Source: Thecamonas trahens ATCC 50062 (taxonomy: Eukaryota; Protista; Apusomonadida). From it: a stretch of 64,000 nt of DNA. The notes beneath the pieces are model-generated. The model was not told the origin of the DNA and searched no databases. It saw only the letters and a list, made by a program, of their open reading frames with translations. Shown here piece after piece: positions 20,493 to 31,000 of the stretch. Every line of letters starts with the position of its first letter. Position 1 is the first letter of the stretch. The translations under genes and the position numbers were made by a program. The stretch spans positions 196,631 through 260,630 of the forward strand of contig NW_013657666.1 of assembly GCF_000142905.1 (NCBI RefSeq), in the 5' to 3' direction.

Positions 20493-22106
20493 ATGGACTA
20501 CGACGACGATGCCATGTCGGCCATGGCGCCTACGCCGACTGCTTCTGCGGCACTCTCCTCCTCCTTGCTCCGGTCACCCCACTCGGCGGCACCGCTGGAC
20601 GCCTCGGCCGTCTTTGCCGAGCCGGTGGACACGGCGGCACCGGCGGTGGTTGTCTCATCACGCCCGGCGGCGGGGCCCGAGGTGGTGGTGGGGGCTGCTG
20701 CAGGAGGGGCTGCCGGGCGTGGTGAGGATGACGGCGACGGCGAGGACGGGGTCGGCGGCGGCGACCGGCGTGGCGGAGCGCCTGACGCCGACGCTTCCAT
20801 CGCAGCGGCGGCAGCGCTGACCGATGCGCTGCTGCTAGGCGATGGAGCTGGTGGTAGCAACGGGAGCGGGAAGAACGGGGCCGAGGCGGAAGTGGGTGGA
20901 CCGATGGCGCTGGGGAGCGCGCCGGCCAATGCGGCGACCATGGTGGTGGCGGTGGTAGATCCGGTCAAGCACGGCTCGGGCATCGACGCCTTTGTTTCTT
21001 ACAAGGTGCAGTCACGGGCGGCGATTCATGTGGGCAGCGAGGGCGGCGTGACCTCGGTCATCCGGCGGTACCGCGACTTTCTCTGGCTCCACGACCAGCT
21101 GCAGGCCACCCAGCCGGGCATCATCGTCCCGCCGCTGCCGGAAAAGGTGGCCCTTGGGCGGTTCCACGTCGATTTTATCGAGCATCGGCGTCGCGAGCTG
21201 GAGCGGTTCCTCGTCCGGCTCACACGTCACGCACACATCAAGACCTCGTCTGTCCTCGCGCGCTTCCTCGCCGATCCGGACACGCTGCCATCGACCAAGT
21301 CGAAGAAGGCCGATCTAGTGGCGGCGATGCGCGGCTTTGGGCGGACGCTGTCGGCGCTGTCAGGCGTGTCGCCGGCGACGACCATCCCGGGCGAGGCCGA
21401 CTCGGTCTTTACTCAGCAGACTGCGCTGCTGGCTATGCGCGAGGCCCAGCTGGCCCAGCTCATCCACGCGCTGGAAAGCTGCGTCAAGCGGCGGCGTCAG
21501 ATGGCAGACGCCTTTGACGTCGTCGCCGGTGCTGCGCAGGAGCTCGGGGCCAGTTCCGCGGCGCGTAGCTTGTCAGACGACCTCATGCGGTTTGGGTACT
21601 CGACTGAGCGGCTGTGCGTGGTGTACCAGGAGATGACCAACAACGAGATTGTGTTCTTTGTCGACGCGCTCCGCGAGTACGTGCGGACGATCGAGGCGGC
21701 CAAGGTTGCGCTCTCGTCGCGGGCAGCGGCGTACAACGGGTGGCAGTCGGCCATCCGTGCACATCAGCAAGCACAGACACGGCTCAACCGCATGGCCGCC
21801 GCGCCGGAAAAGTACGGCGACCGCGTGCCGGAGCAGCGGGCTGCTGTCGAGCATGCGCGCGCTGCGGCCAATGAGGCCAAGCTCGCCTTTGACGACATCT
21901 CGGACATGCTCGAGTCGGAGTTTAAGCGGGTCGAGCGCGAGCGGATCCGCGACTTTCGTGCCGCACTCACCATGGAGATCCGGACCCAGGTGAGCCACCA
22001 GACCAAGGTCCGCAACACCTGGGTCCGCCTCCTCGATGAGCTCGTCCACCGTGGACCGGAGGCTGCCGCCGCCGTCGCGGATGCCGCCGCCTCTGATGAC
22101 TCGTAG
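20493..22106 (+). CDS. SNX-BAR sorting nexin (Vps5/SNX1/2-like, PX + BAR)
   Basis: VVDPVKHGSGIDAFVSYKV, VIRRYRDFLWLH, PGIIVPPLPEK, FIEHRRRELERFL, followed by BAR helices (EFKRVERERIRDF). Confidence 0.9.
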   Translation: MDYDDDAMSAMAPTPTASAALSSSLLRSPHSAAPLDASAVFAEPVDTAAPAVVVSSRPAAGPEVVVGAAAGGAAGRGEDDGDGEDGVGGGDRRGGAPDADASIAAAAALTDALLLGDGAGGSNGSGKNGAEAEVGGPMALGSAPANAATMVVAVVDPVKHGSGIDAFVSYKVQSRAAIHVGSEGGVTSVIRRYRDFLWLHDQLQATQPGIIVPPLPEKVALGRFHVDFIEHRRRELERFLVRLTRHAHIKTSSVLARFLADPDTLPSTKSKKADLVAAMRGFGRTLSALSGVSPATTIPGEADSVFTQQTALLAMREAQLAQLIHALESCVKRRRQMADAFDVVAGAAQELGASSAARSLSDDLMRFGYSTERLCVVYQEMTNNEIVFFVDALREYVRTIEAAKVALSSRAAAYNGWQSAIRAHQQAQTRLNRMAAAPEKYGDRVPEQRAAVEHARAAANEAKLAFDDISDMLESEFKRVERERIRDFRAALTMEIRTQVSHQTKVRNTWVRLLDELVHRGPEAAAAVADAAASDDS

Positions 22107-22182
22107 CTGGCCAAAAGTTCAATATGTGTACATGCCTGCCGTAGCTACAGCCGAAGTCGCTAGCCCCCGCGCGCGCCGCCGC

Positions 22183-22758
22183 TCACTTTGTCTTGCGCTC
22201 GAGGTCGGCGAGACGAGCGACGATCTTGTCGAGATGGTCGCCGTCCTCCTTGCGCATAGCGGAGAGGACGAGCGGGATGAGCGAACGCTTGAGATAGACA
22301 GTAGTAGAGACCTCGCAGAGGCACGAGACTACGGTACCACCAGAGCCGTTATCTTCGAGCGAGTACGTGTACTGGACACGGATGCCCATGGTGTCGGCGT
22401 AGATGGCGTACATGGCCGGCGGCTCCCATGCCGCGACGACCAGCTCGACGGTCTCTTCGACGCCACTGACACTGCGGATCTCCTCCAGACGGGTGCCTAC
22501 GCCAACAGGGCCGTCAGAGACCTTGCGCATGCGGACGCAGTTCTCCATGAGCTGCGGCGCGCGGTCAAAGTCGGTGAGGATGTCAAAGACCTCGCGAGGG
22601 CGTCGGCCAGAAAAGGTCGTGGAAATCGAGAACGAGGCCGACGGCGAGCCGAGGAGGAAGCGGACGAGGAAGAGCATGCCGGCGCACACCGCAGCTGCTG
22701 CGTAGTAGAGGGTGGGCGGCGTGGTGAGTGCTTCGAATGCCTCCATGACAGCGGCCAT
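22183..22758 (-). CDS. SRPBCC/polyketide-cyclase-like (START superfamily) protein with an N-terminal TM segment
   Basis: PREVFDILTDFDRAPQLM...SDGPVGVGTR...WEPP...YTYSLEDNGSGGTVV, preceded by a hydrophobic segment. Confidence 0.75.
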   Translation of the reverse strand: MAAVMEAFEALTTPPTLYYAAAAVCAGMLFLVRFLLGSPSASFSISTTFSGRRPREVFDILTDFDRAPQLMENCVRMRKVSDGPVGVGTRLEEIRSVSGVEETVELVVAAWEPPAMYAIYADTMGIRVQYTYSLEDNGSGGTVVSCLCEVSTTVYLKRSLIPLVLSAMRKEDGDHLDKIVARLADLERKTK

Positions 22759-22856
22759 GTTGCACAGTCGACGAGGGTGAGGTGGTCTGACCTGGCCACG
22801 CACGCGCCGGTCGATCCCGCTACGGGCTTCACTCATTTACTCCTGCAACCTAGAAG

Positions 22857-24590
22857 CTACGCGCGACTTGATGGATATCGGAAGGCCTTGCGCCGCGGGC
22901 CAAAGATGGAGCCGGCGGCGAGGGTGCGTGCAAACGGGAGGACGGTGGCTTGCGGGCGGGCGTTCTCGGCGTTGGTGTCGGTAGGCGAGGCACGCGAGCC
23001 GGCACCACTATGATCATCGTCATGGACATCGTCGTCGTCGTCTCCGCTCTCATCATCGCTGTCATTGTCACTGCCGTCGTCGTCTTCATCGCTGCTAGTG
23101 CGGTTGGCGTGAGCGGCAGGCGAGGCGGCCGGGCGGGCAAGGGGGCGCGGACGCTTGAGCGGGCGCTGCGATGTGGCGATCAGCGGACGAAACGGGAGCG
23201 CGGTGTGGGCGAGCGGCGAGGCGATGCCGCCGCGGGTTCCCTCGGTGTTGGCAGGGGAGGGCAAGGGGGCAGAAGCGACACCAGATGGGACGCGGACGAG
23301 TGAGGCTGACGAAGACGAGCGCGAAAAGACGTTAGCTGGGCGGGCGCCGAGTGGTGACGACGAGGCCGACGGCGAGGCGAGCGAGCCGGAGCGCGAGTAT
23401 GACGGGACACGGATGACTAGCGGCGTCGATGCCGGACGCGGAGCGAGAGACCACGGGGCGGGGTTGGGCGCCGGGCCGGCCGACGCCGATGATGGGCGCT
23501 TGCGCTTGCCTGGGCGCAAGAGCGCAGCACTGCCGGCGGGCGAGGTCGGCGCCGGAACCAGCGGGGCATGGGTGTCCGGGTGGAGGAGGCCGGCGGCAAT
23601 GGCGCGAGCCACGTGCTGGGTCGGCATTGGCCCGACAAAGGTAGAGATCGGAAGCGGGATGGGCGGCGCTGATGACGGCAGATCGGACAGCTCGGCGACG
23701 TCAAATGGCTCGAGCGGGACGGCGCAGCGGGCGTGGGTGTCGTAAACAGTTTGGTGGCGAAAGGTGAGCTTGGCCCGGAGAAAGTCGGTGATGTACGAGA
23801 GCGGAAGCGTGCGCGAGGTGACGAGACGAGCAAATAGATCTGGAAGCGACTTGGACTGACTGACGAGCCGGTTCGCGGTCTTGAGCCCGACGTTAGTGGG
23901 TGATGGCAAGTAGTCGCAGCCTGCGAGGATGCACATGTGCATGAACTGATGGTGGCTCCAGCCGTGGAGATCGAGAGACGACGAGGCCGACAGGTTTGCG
24001 GCATTGATCTCGACACCGGCGCCGAGGCGGTCCATCTTGAAGATGACGCGCTCGACGCCGTAAACCAGCAGGTCCGAGTCTTCGGTGATGACGGCGTCGA
24101 CGACGCCGTTGCGGGCGAGCCATGCGAGCTGGGCGTCGGCCTCGTACGGCGCGACAATGCACTCAACGCCCTGTGCCTGCATGGCCGAGATGACGGCGGC
24201 AGCCATCTCGGCGGTGACCTCAAATGCCTTCTGGAAGCACGAGTCGGCCTTGGCGTGGTTGCCGTCGGCGAGCAGTGCCTCGCCCTTGGCACGCATGGCG
24301 GCGCGACGGGTGCGGCGGCCGGCGTCAGTCGCACCCTTGGACGGCAGCGAGGCGCCGTCAAATACCAGCACCGGCGTCACGCCATGATGCCGCAGCATCT
24401 CGACCCGGAACTCTACAAACCGGACGTACATGTCGGTCGGCTCGCCGAGGCATAGCCTGCGAGCGCAGCCGTAGCCGCCGCGATGCAGCCAGCAGTATGT
24501 ATCGACGCCCACCGTGAGTCCGGCGAGCTGGGCGGCATGGACCTCGGTGCTTGCACCGCGGAGGGCTTGGAGCAGGCCAGGAATACCCAT
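22857..24590 (-). CDS. EXO1: Exonuclease 1 (XPG/Rad2 family)
   Basis: MGIPGLL, GVDTYCWLHRG, LVFDG, VAPYEADAQLA, ITEDSDLL, CILAGCDYL, FRHQTVYD. Confidence 0.95.
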   Translation of the reverse strand: MGIPGLLQALRGASTEVHAAQLAGLTVGVDTYCWLHRGGYGCARRLCLGEPTDMYVRFVEFRVEMLRHHGVTPVLVFDGASLPSKGATDAGRRTRRAAMRAKGEALLADGNHAKADSCFQKAFEVTAEMAAAVISAMQAQGVECIVAPYEADAQLAWLARNGVVDAVITEDSDLLVYGVERVIFKMDRLGAGVEINAANLSASSSLDLHGWSHHQFMHMCILAGCDYLPSPTNVGLKTANRLVSQSKSLPDLFARLVTSRTLPLSYITDFLRAKLTFRHQTVYDTHARCAVPLEPFDVAELSDLPSSAPPIPLPISTFVGPMPTQHVARAIAAGLLHPDTHAPLVPAPTSPAGSAALLRPGKRKRPSSASAGPAPNPAPWSLAPRPASTPLVIRVPSYSRSGSLASPSASSSPLGARPANVFSRSSSSASLVRVPSGVASAPLPSPANTEGTRGGIASPLAHTALPFRPLIATSQRPLKRPRPLARPAASPAAHANRTSSDEDDDGSDNDSDDESGDDDDDVHDDDHSGAGSRASPTDTNAENARPQATVLPFARTLAAGSIFGPRRKAFRYPSSRA

Positions 24591-24745
24591 GACGGGGGAG
24601 GGTGGAGGGGTGGAGGGAGGGGGGTGGAGAGGTGGGGGGGTGCGGTGTGGAGGTGGGGGTGGCGAGGGGAGGGGGGGGGGGGGGGGGGGGGGCGGAACAA
24701 AAAGGGTCGGTAGGAAGGTGGGCGAAGGGTTTAGGGTGGGCCGGG

Positions 24746-24845
24746 NNNNNNNNNNNNNNNNNNNNNNNNNNNNNNNNNNNNNNNNNNNNNNNNNNNNNNN
24801 NNNNNNNNNNNNNNNNNNNNNNNNNNNNNNNNNNNNNNNNNNNNN
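24746..24845. other. Assembly gap (100 N)
   Basis: Run of N. Confidence 1.
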
Positions 24846-25146
24846 CTCGAACCTATTGGGGGGAAGGCCTGTCCCGCTGAGTGTACAAGTCAGGTGAGGG
24901 TAGCGTTGCAGTCTTACCGTGTGTTCGGCGTTCGAGTGGGGGGGAGGGGGGGGGGCAAAAAAAGGTCGTGAAGTGGGCAAGGGTTTAGGGTGGGCGGCCG
25001 GCTGGCAAGCTAGGCGCAAGCGAGTTGTCGCTCACACGAGCGGGCATAGGCAACAACACACGGCTTACGGACGAGACAAACGGGAGGCAGGTTGGACTGG
25101 ACCGCAGCGCAGGTAGATACCAGACAAGATCGTGTCAAGCTTGCGT

Positions 25147-27626
25147 ATGGGCCTAGACAGGTTGGGCGTGGCCATGGCCGTGGCTGTCGTCATGGCGGTG
25201 GTCGTGGCGGACGTTGTCACGTGCGTGGCGGGAAGCACACCATGTGAGAGCCACAAGACATGTCCGACGTGCTCAGCAGGGAGCAAGGAGTGTCTCTGGT
25301 GTGCTGCTGGGGGTGTGCCGCATTGCTACAACGTGACGGCACACCCGCACGCGTGTGACGAGGCGTGTGTGTCACCAGCATGCAACGCAGGCGGATGTGA
25401 GGCGCACCTCGACTGCCGGACGTGCGCAGCGGACAGCGGGTGCGGGTGGTGCTCGCAGTCGAGGGCGTGTATGCAGGGCACGGCCTCGGGGCCGTGTCAA
25501 AACGGCATGTGTGCGCAGTCCGAGTGGAACTTTGCCAACTGCTCGAACAACTGTCCGCTCTTTGAGGGCTGCGCCGAGTGCACGGCTGCGCCGGGCGACG
25601 GCTGTGCGTACTGCCTCACCGAGGAGGTGTGCGTGGGCGGTGACGACGCCCACAAGTGCCGGTGTGCGCGTGAGTCGTGCGGAGTGTGTGAGGCCAAGAC
25701 TGGGTGTGCCGATTGCACCGACGATCCTGCGTGCGGATGGTGTGCGTCGGCAAACGGTGGCAAGGGCGGGTGCCTGCCTGCGTTTGACCAGCACGAGCCG
25801 TGCGACAAGGGCGCATGTCCGGCGCCACTGGCCAAGAACTGGCAGTATGGCAAGTGCGCCGTCAACTGCACTCTGTTCTCAGCAAGCTGTGCAGAGTGTA
25901 CCGCCCACTACGCGGACTCGGGCTGCGAGTGGTGCGAGGCGACCGAGGCGTGCCTCGCCCCGGCGCAGTTTACCTCGTGTCCTGCGTGCCTGGTCTCGAC
26001 CTGTCCCGACTGTGGAAGCTACGAGAGCTGCTCCGAGTGCATCGGAGACGCAAGCTGTGGATGGTGCTCCGAGTCTGAGGCGTGTGTGCCGGGAGAGGCC
26101 GGCGGTGCGTGCGGCGGGCCGCAGGTCTGCCCGGCGCCGGAATGGAACTACGAGACGTGCGCGGCCGACTGTGCGTCACTCGAGACGTGCACCGCGTGCA
26201 CGGCGATGGCGACTGAGGCCGGCTGCCGCTGGTGTGCCGACGAGGGCATCTGCCGCTTTGGGCCCGAGTTCAACGGGACAGCGTGCCGATGCGTCCGTGA
26301 CTTTTGCCCGGCCACCAGCTGTTCGGCGCTCTCGGGCACATCTTGCGCACAGTGCGTGGCGACTCAGGGCTGCGGGTGGTGCCCCGAGACGGCGTCATGC
26401 CTCTCGGGCTCTGACGCTGGGCCGTGCTCGTCCACCGCGCAGTGCAAGGCAGGATGGTCGTACGGAACATGTGACGGGACGTGCGGGCAGCACGGCGACT
26501 GCACGTCGTGTCGGGCCGACACCGAGGCGGGATGTGGGTGGTGCGCTGGGACGCAGGCGTTCCCGGGCTCGCTCACGCCGGTCTCGCTCTGCGTCCAGGC
26601 CGATACGTCCGACTCTGCGCCGGCCGACGGCCGGCAGTGCGCGCGTTGGTACGGCTCGCACAGCAGTGAGACGTGTCCAGCGTGCGGTGATAGCGAGCAC
26701 AACACGTGTCAGACGTGCACGACTGATGCGTCGTGTGGATGGTGCGGCGAGTTTTGTCGCGAAGGCGACGCCAACGGCCCGTTCAACTCCCCGGGCTGCT
26801 CATCGTGGTCTTTCGGCGACTGTCAGTCCGAGTGCCCACTGGTGGGCAACTGTGGCGACTGTGTGCAGGTGCCTGAATGCGGGTGGTGCAAGAACCCGCT
26901 GCACATTGGCGGCTTTTGCACCGGTGTCGATTCCAAGTCTCAGTGCTACGAGTGGCAGCCATCCAACTGCGAGCCCGAGTGCGAGACGAACCTTGTGTGC
27001 TCGGCTTGCACCGCCAACTCGTCGTGCGGGTGGTGCGAGTCCAAGGGCTCGTCCGGCTCGACGGCGACGTGCGTGCGCGGGACCGGGCAAGGCCCGCTCG
27101 ACACGACGTGCTCGCTCGGCTGGTCGTATGGCCACAAGTCGTGTGTCTCGTCGTGTGCCCGCTATCTCGACTGCGGCTCGTGCGTGCTCAACGCTGATTG
27201 CGGATGGTGCTCGGCAGCCGGTGGTGCATGCATGGCCGGCAAGTTTGACGGGCCGGACCAGGGCGTGTGTCCGCCCGACGACTGGACCCATGCGCCGTCG
27301 GTCTGCTCGTCGCCGTTTGACAACTGCGTTGCGCACACCGAGTGCTCCTCGTGCATCGCGCGCAACTCGTGCGGCTGGTGCGATGCCGACAAAAGTGCTA
27401 CTCCGGCCACAAGTCGTCGCCCATCGCGCCTAACACCTGCCCGCGCGACTGGCTCTTTGCCTCGTGCTCGGCCGCCCTCCCCATCCCGGCGCGCTCCAAG
27501 GAGCTCTCTCCCTGGGTCGTCGCCGCCATCACCGCCGGCGCCATCCTTGTCCCCATCGTCGGCGGCGCCGCCTACATGTACCGTCGCTACCTCGCCAAGT
27601 ACGGCTACCCCGCACTCGAGGGGTGA
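25147..27626 (+). CDS. Type I membrane protein made of many PSI-like Cys-rich repeats; frame break near 27391-27394
   Basis: Signal-like N-terminus and more than 12 copies of CxxC...CGWC....C. Adding one A to AAAA continues the frame as KKCYSG...WVVAAITAGAILVPIVGGAAYMY (TM) RRYLAKYGYPALEG*. Confidence 0.8.
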
Positions 27627-28066
27627 AGCTCGGCATTGGCATTCAACTTTGCGACTACCACCAACTGACTCGGGCTGCACCCGTTTCGGCGTTTGGCGGT
27701 CGGCGGCGTGTTGCGGGTGGCGGGCAACTCTCGTCTCTCCAACCAGTATGTACATTGAGCAGGCTAAACAAGCCGTGTCCTGACGGCATGGGCCCAGCAA
27801 AGCGAGAAAACATGGACTGGACGTGTGTGCAAGGTGTATACCTCGTGCTACATGCTACAAAGGACATGATTTGTGGTTGCAGTGGCCGCAGAGGAACCGG
27901 GTGGCCTGTGGAGGGTGTGTGGAGAGATGGCGCGCGATACGAATCAAACTCACAAAACTTGAAATTTTCATGTGGCGGGCTTCCGGGCACTGGCACGAAC
28001 ACAGCCTGTATCCTCAAACCACCACTACCACTCACCACACCAACACCGTCTACGACCTACCTAGCT

Positions 28067-31000
28067 ATGTCCATCGTAGTTATTGACAAGAGCGGAGCCG
28101 ACCGGATGCGTGTTCCGCTGCATGGGACGTGCACTTTCGGCCGGGCACCCGAGTGCGACGTCCGGGTGCAAAAGTCGGACGTCTCACGGCAGCACTGCCA
28201 GCTCGCCATCGACGAGAACGGCAAGTGCGTGCTGACGAACCTGTCGTCAACCAATGCAACGTATGTCGACTCTGAGGCGGTCGAGACACACATGATTCTC
28301 GAGTCCGGCATGATGTTTGCTGTCGGGCCGCGGTACTTTCGCTACGAGGCGCCCGAGGGCATCGCGGTGAGCAAGAAGGCCGAGGCCACGCCAGAGCCGG
28401 CGCCCACGGCGGCGCCAGCACCTTCGTCTGTTGTCAAGGCTGTCCAGCCGGTGCCTGCGTTCCAGTGGACCGAGTCTGAGGCCTCGCCAACGACCCAGGC
28501 CAAGTCTCAGCAGTTGAGGGCGATGCAGACGCCGCTGCGGCGCGAGATTGCCGCTCGCGGCTCGCGCCCGAACCCGGTGTTCCAGGACAAGGCCAATAAG
28601 ATGGCCACGCCGCTCAAGCGGGCGCTTTTCCAGGAAGCTCAGGCCCGTCAGCGCACCTTTGCCGAGTTCTCAGACGCCGACGCCGACGCCTCGTTTGCGT
28701 CCGACGCAACAGACACTGAGCTCGGCATGTTTGAGGACGAGGAGCTGTCTATTATTGCACCGCGCAAGCTCATGCAGGTTCTCAACACTCCGCTCAAGGA
28801 GGACATTGCCAAGCGCGGTGCCACCAAGCTTGACGTTGTCTATGTCTCGGACGCACCAGTTATGGCGACGCCGATGAAGAAGGCGATCCGCAAGCGCGGT
28901 GCTGCCAAGCGCGAGGTTGTGCCGGTGGCTGACGCGCCGGTCATGGCGACGCCGATGAAGAAGGCGATCCGCAAGCGCGGTGCTGCCAAGCGCGAGGTTG
29001 TGCCGGTGGCTGACGCGCCGGTCATGGCGACGCCGATGAAGAAGGCGATCCGCAAGCGCGGTGCTGCCAAGCGCGAGGTTGTGCCGGTGGCTGACGCACC
29101 GGTCATGGCGACGCCGATGAAGAAGGCGATCCGCAAGCGCGGTGCTGCCAAGCGCGAGGTTGTGCCAGTGGCTGACGCGCCGGTCATGGCGACGCCGATG
29201 AAGAAGGCGATCCGCAAGCGCGGTGCTGCCAAGCGCGAGGTTGTGCCGGTGGCTGACGCACCGGTCATGGCGACGCCGATGAAGAAGGCGATCCGCAAGC
29301 GCGGTGCTGCCAAGCGCGAGGTTGTGCCAGTGGCTGACGCGCCGGTCATGGCGACGCCGATGAAGAAGGCGATCAAGGCCAAGGCCAATGCGTCGCGCAT
29401 CCCTACGCCCAAGACCATGGCAACGCCGATGAAGAAGGCAATCCGCAAGCGCGGTGCCGCCGAGCGTGAGGTTGTGCCTGTTACTGATGCTCCGACGATG
29501 GCGACGCCGATGAAGAAGGCAATCAAGGCCAAGGCTAGCGAGTCGCGCATTCCGACCATCAACACGGCTCCGGTCATGGCGACGCCGATGAAGAAGGCAA
29601 TCAAGGCCAAGGCTAGCGAGTCGCGCATTCCGACCATCAACACGGCTCCGGTCATGGCGACGCCGATGAAGAAGGCAATCAAGGCCAAGGCTAGCGAGTC
29701 GCGCATTCCGACCATCAACACGGCTCCGATCATGGCGACGCCGATGAAGAAGGCAATCAAGGCCAAGGCTAGCGAGTCGCGCATTCCGACCATCAACACG
29801 GCTCCGATCATGGCGACGCCGATGAAGAAGGCAATCAAGGCCAAGGCTAGCGAGTCGCGCATTCCGACCATCAACACGGCTCCGATCATGGCGACGCCGA
29901 TGAAGAAGGCAATCAAGGCCAAGGCAGCCGAGCCGCGAGCGGCAGTGAGCAAGCCGATCGAGGAGAACTCCTCCCAGCACAAGAAGACCAGCAAGTCGAA
30001 GAAGAAGAAGAGGTCTGCCGTCCGCAAGCCCATCAAGCACGCTCAGCCAAAGGAGTATGTGCCGAAGGCTGCGCCTGCCGCTGTCAAGGTTGCGGCTAAG
30101 GTTGTGGCTGAGGTCAAGGCTGAGGTCGAGTCCGAGGTCGAGGCTGAGGTCGAGGTCGAGTCCGAGGTCGAGGCTGAGGTCGAGGCCGAGGCTGAGGTCG
30201 AGGTCGAGTCCGAAGTCGAGGCTGATGAGGTCGAGGCCGAGTCCGAGGTTGAGGCTGAGGTCGAGGTCGAGGCTGAGGTCGAGGCCGAGGTTGAGGTCGA
30301 GGTCGAGTCCGAGGTCAAGGCTGAGGTCGAGGTCGAGTCCGAGGTCGAGTCCGAGGTTGAGGTCGAGGTCGAGTCCGAGGTCGAGGCTGAGGTCGAGGTC
30401 GAGTCCGAGGTCGAGTCCGAGGTCGAGGCTGAGGTCGAGCAAGAGGTCGAGGTCATTAACTACTCCAAGTGGAAGGTCGTCGAGCTTCGTGCCGAGCTCT
30501 CTTCCCGCGGCCTCGCCACTACTGGCCGCAAGGCTGAGCTTATCGCCCGCCTCGAGTCTGCCCCTACCGATGCCGCCGACAGCGCTGCTGCCGCAGTCGA
30601 GGCCGAGGCTGAGGTCGAGGCAGAGCCCAAGATCGAGGCAGAGCCCAAGATCGAGGCCATCAACTACTCCAAGTGGAAGGTCGCTGAGCTGCGTGCCGAG
30701 CTCTCGGCCCGTGGCCTCGCCACTACCGGCCGCAAGGCTGAGCTCGTCGCTCGTCTCGAGGCCAATGCCTCAGCCCCCGTGTGCTCGTCGGCAGCTGCTG
30801 AGGAGACCGAGCCGACTCCCGAGTCAGAGGCCCAGACCGTCGACTACTCCAAATGGAAGGTTGCTCAGCTCCGCACCGAGCTCTCCACCCGCGGCCTCGA
30901 CACTACGGGGCGGAAGGCCGAGCTGGTGGCCCGCCTCCAGACCGCCGGCGACGCCTCCACCACTGACGCGATCAAGGTTGCCGACCAGGCCATCGATGCT

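Noticed and set aside
24680-25000. TTTAGGG telomere-like motifs and a similar segment on both sides of the N gap
   Set aside because: These are single motifs only. The two flanks look like the same G-rich sequence read twice at low quality at contig ends.
25355-27433. 692-aa alternative-frame ORF over the PSI gene
   Set aside because: It is R/A/T-rich off-frame translation typical of high-GC coding DNA.
27464-28066. 201-aa N-terminal extension of ORF 27464..31135
   Set aside because: It has a non-ATG start, overlaps the PSI gene's tail and crosses AT-richer intergenic DNA. The FHA begins at ATG 28067.
28862-29925. CRISPR-like periodicity
   Set aside because: The units are contiguous, in frame and coding, with no unique spacers and no cas genes, in a eukaryotic context.
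28670-30442. Repetitive minus-strand ORFs, including the hydrophobic 28840..30036
   Set aside because: They are antisense readings of the coding tandem repeats in the FHA-SAP gene.
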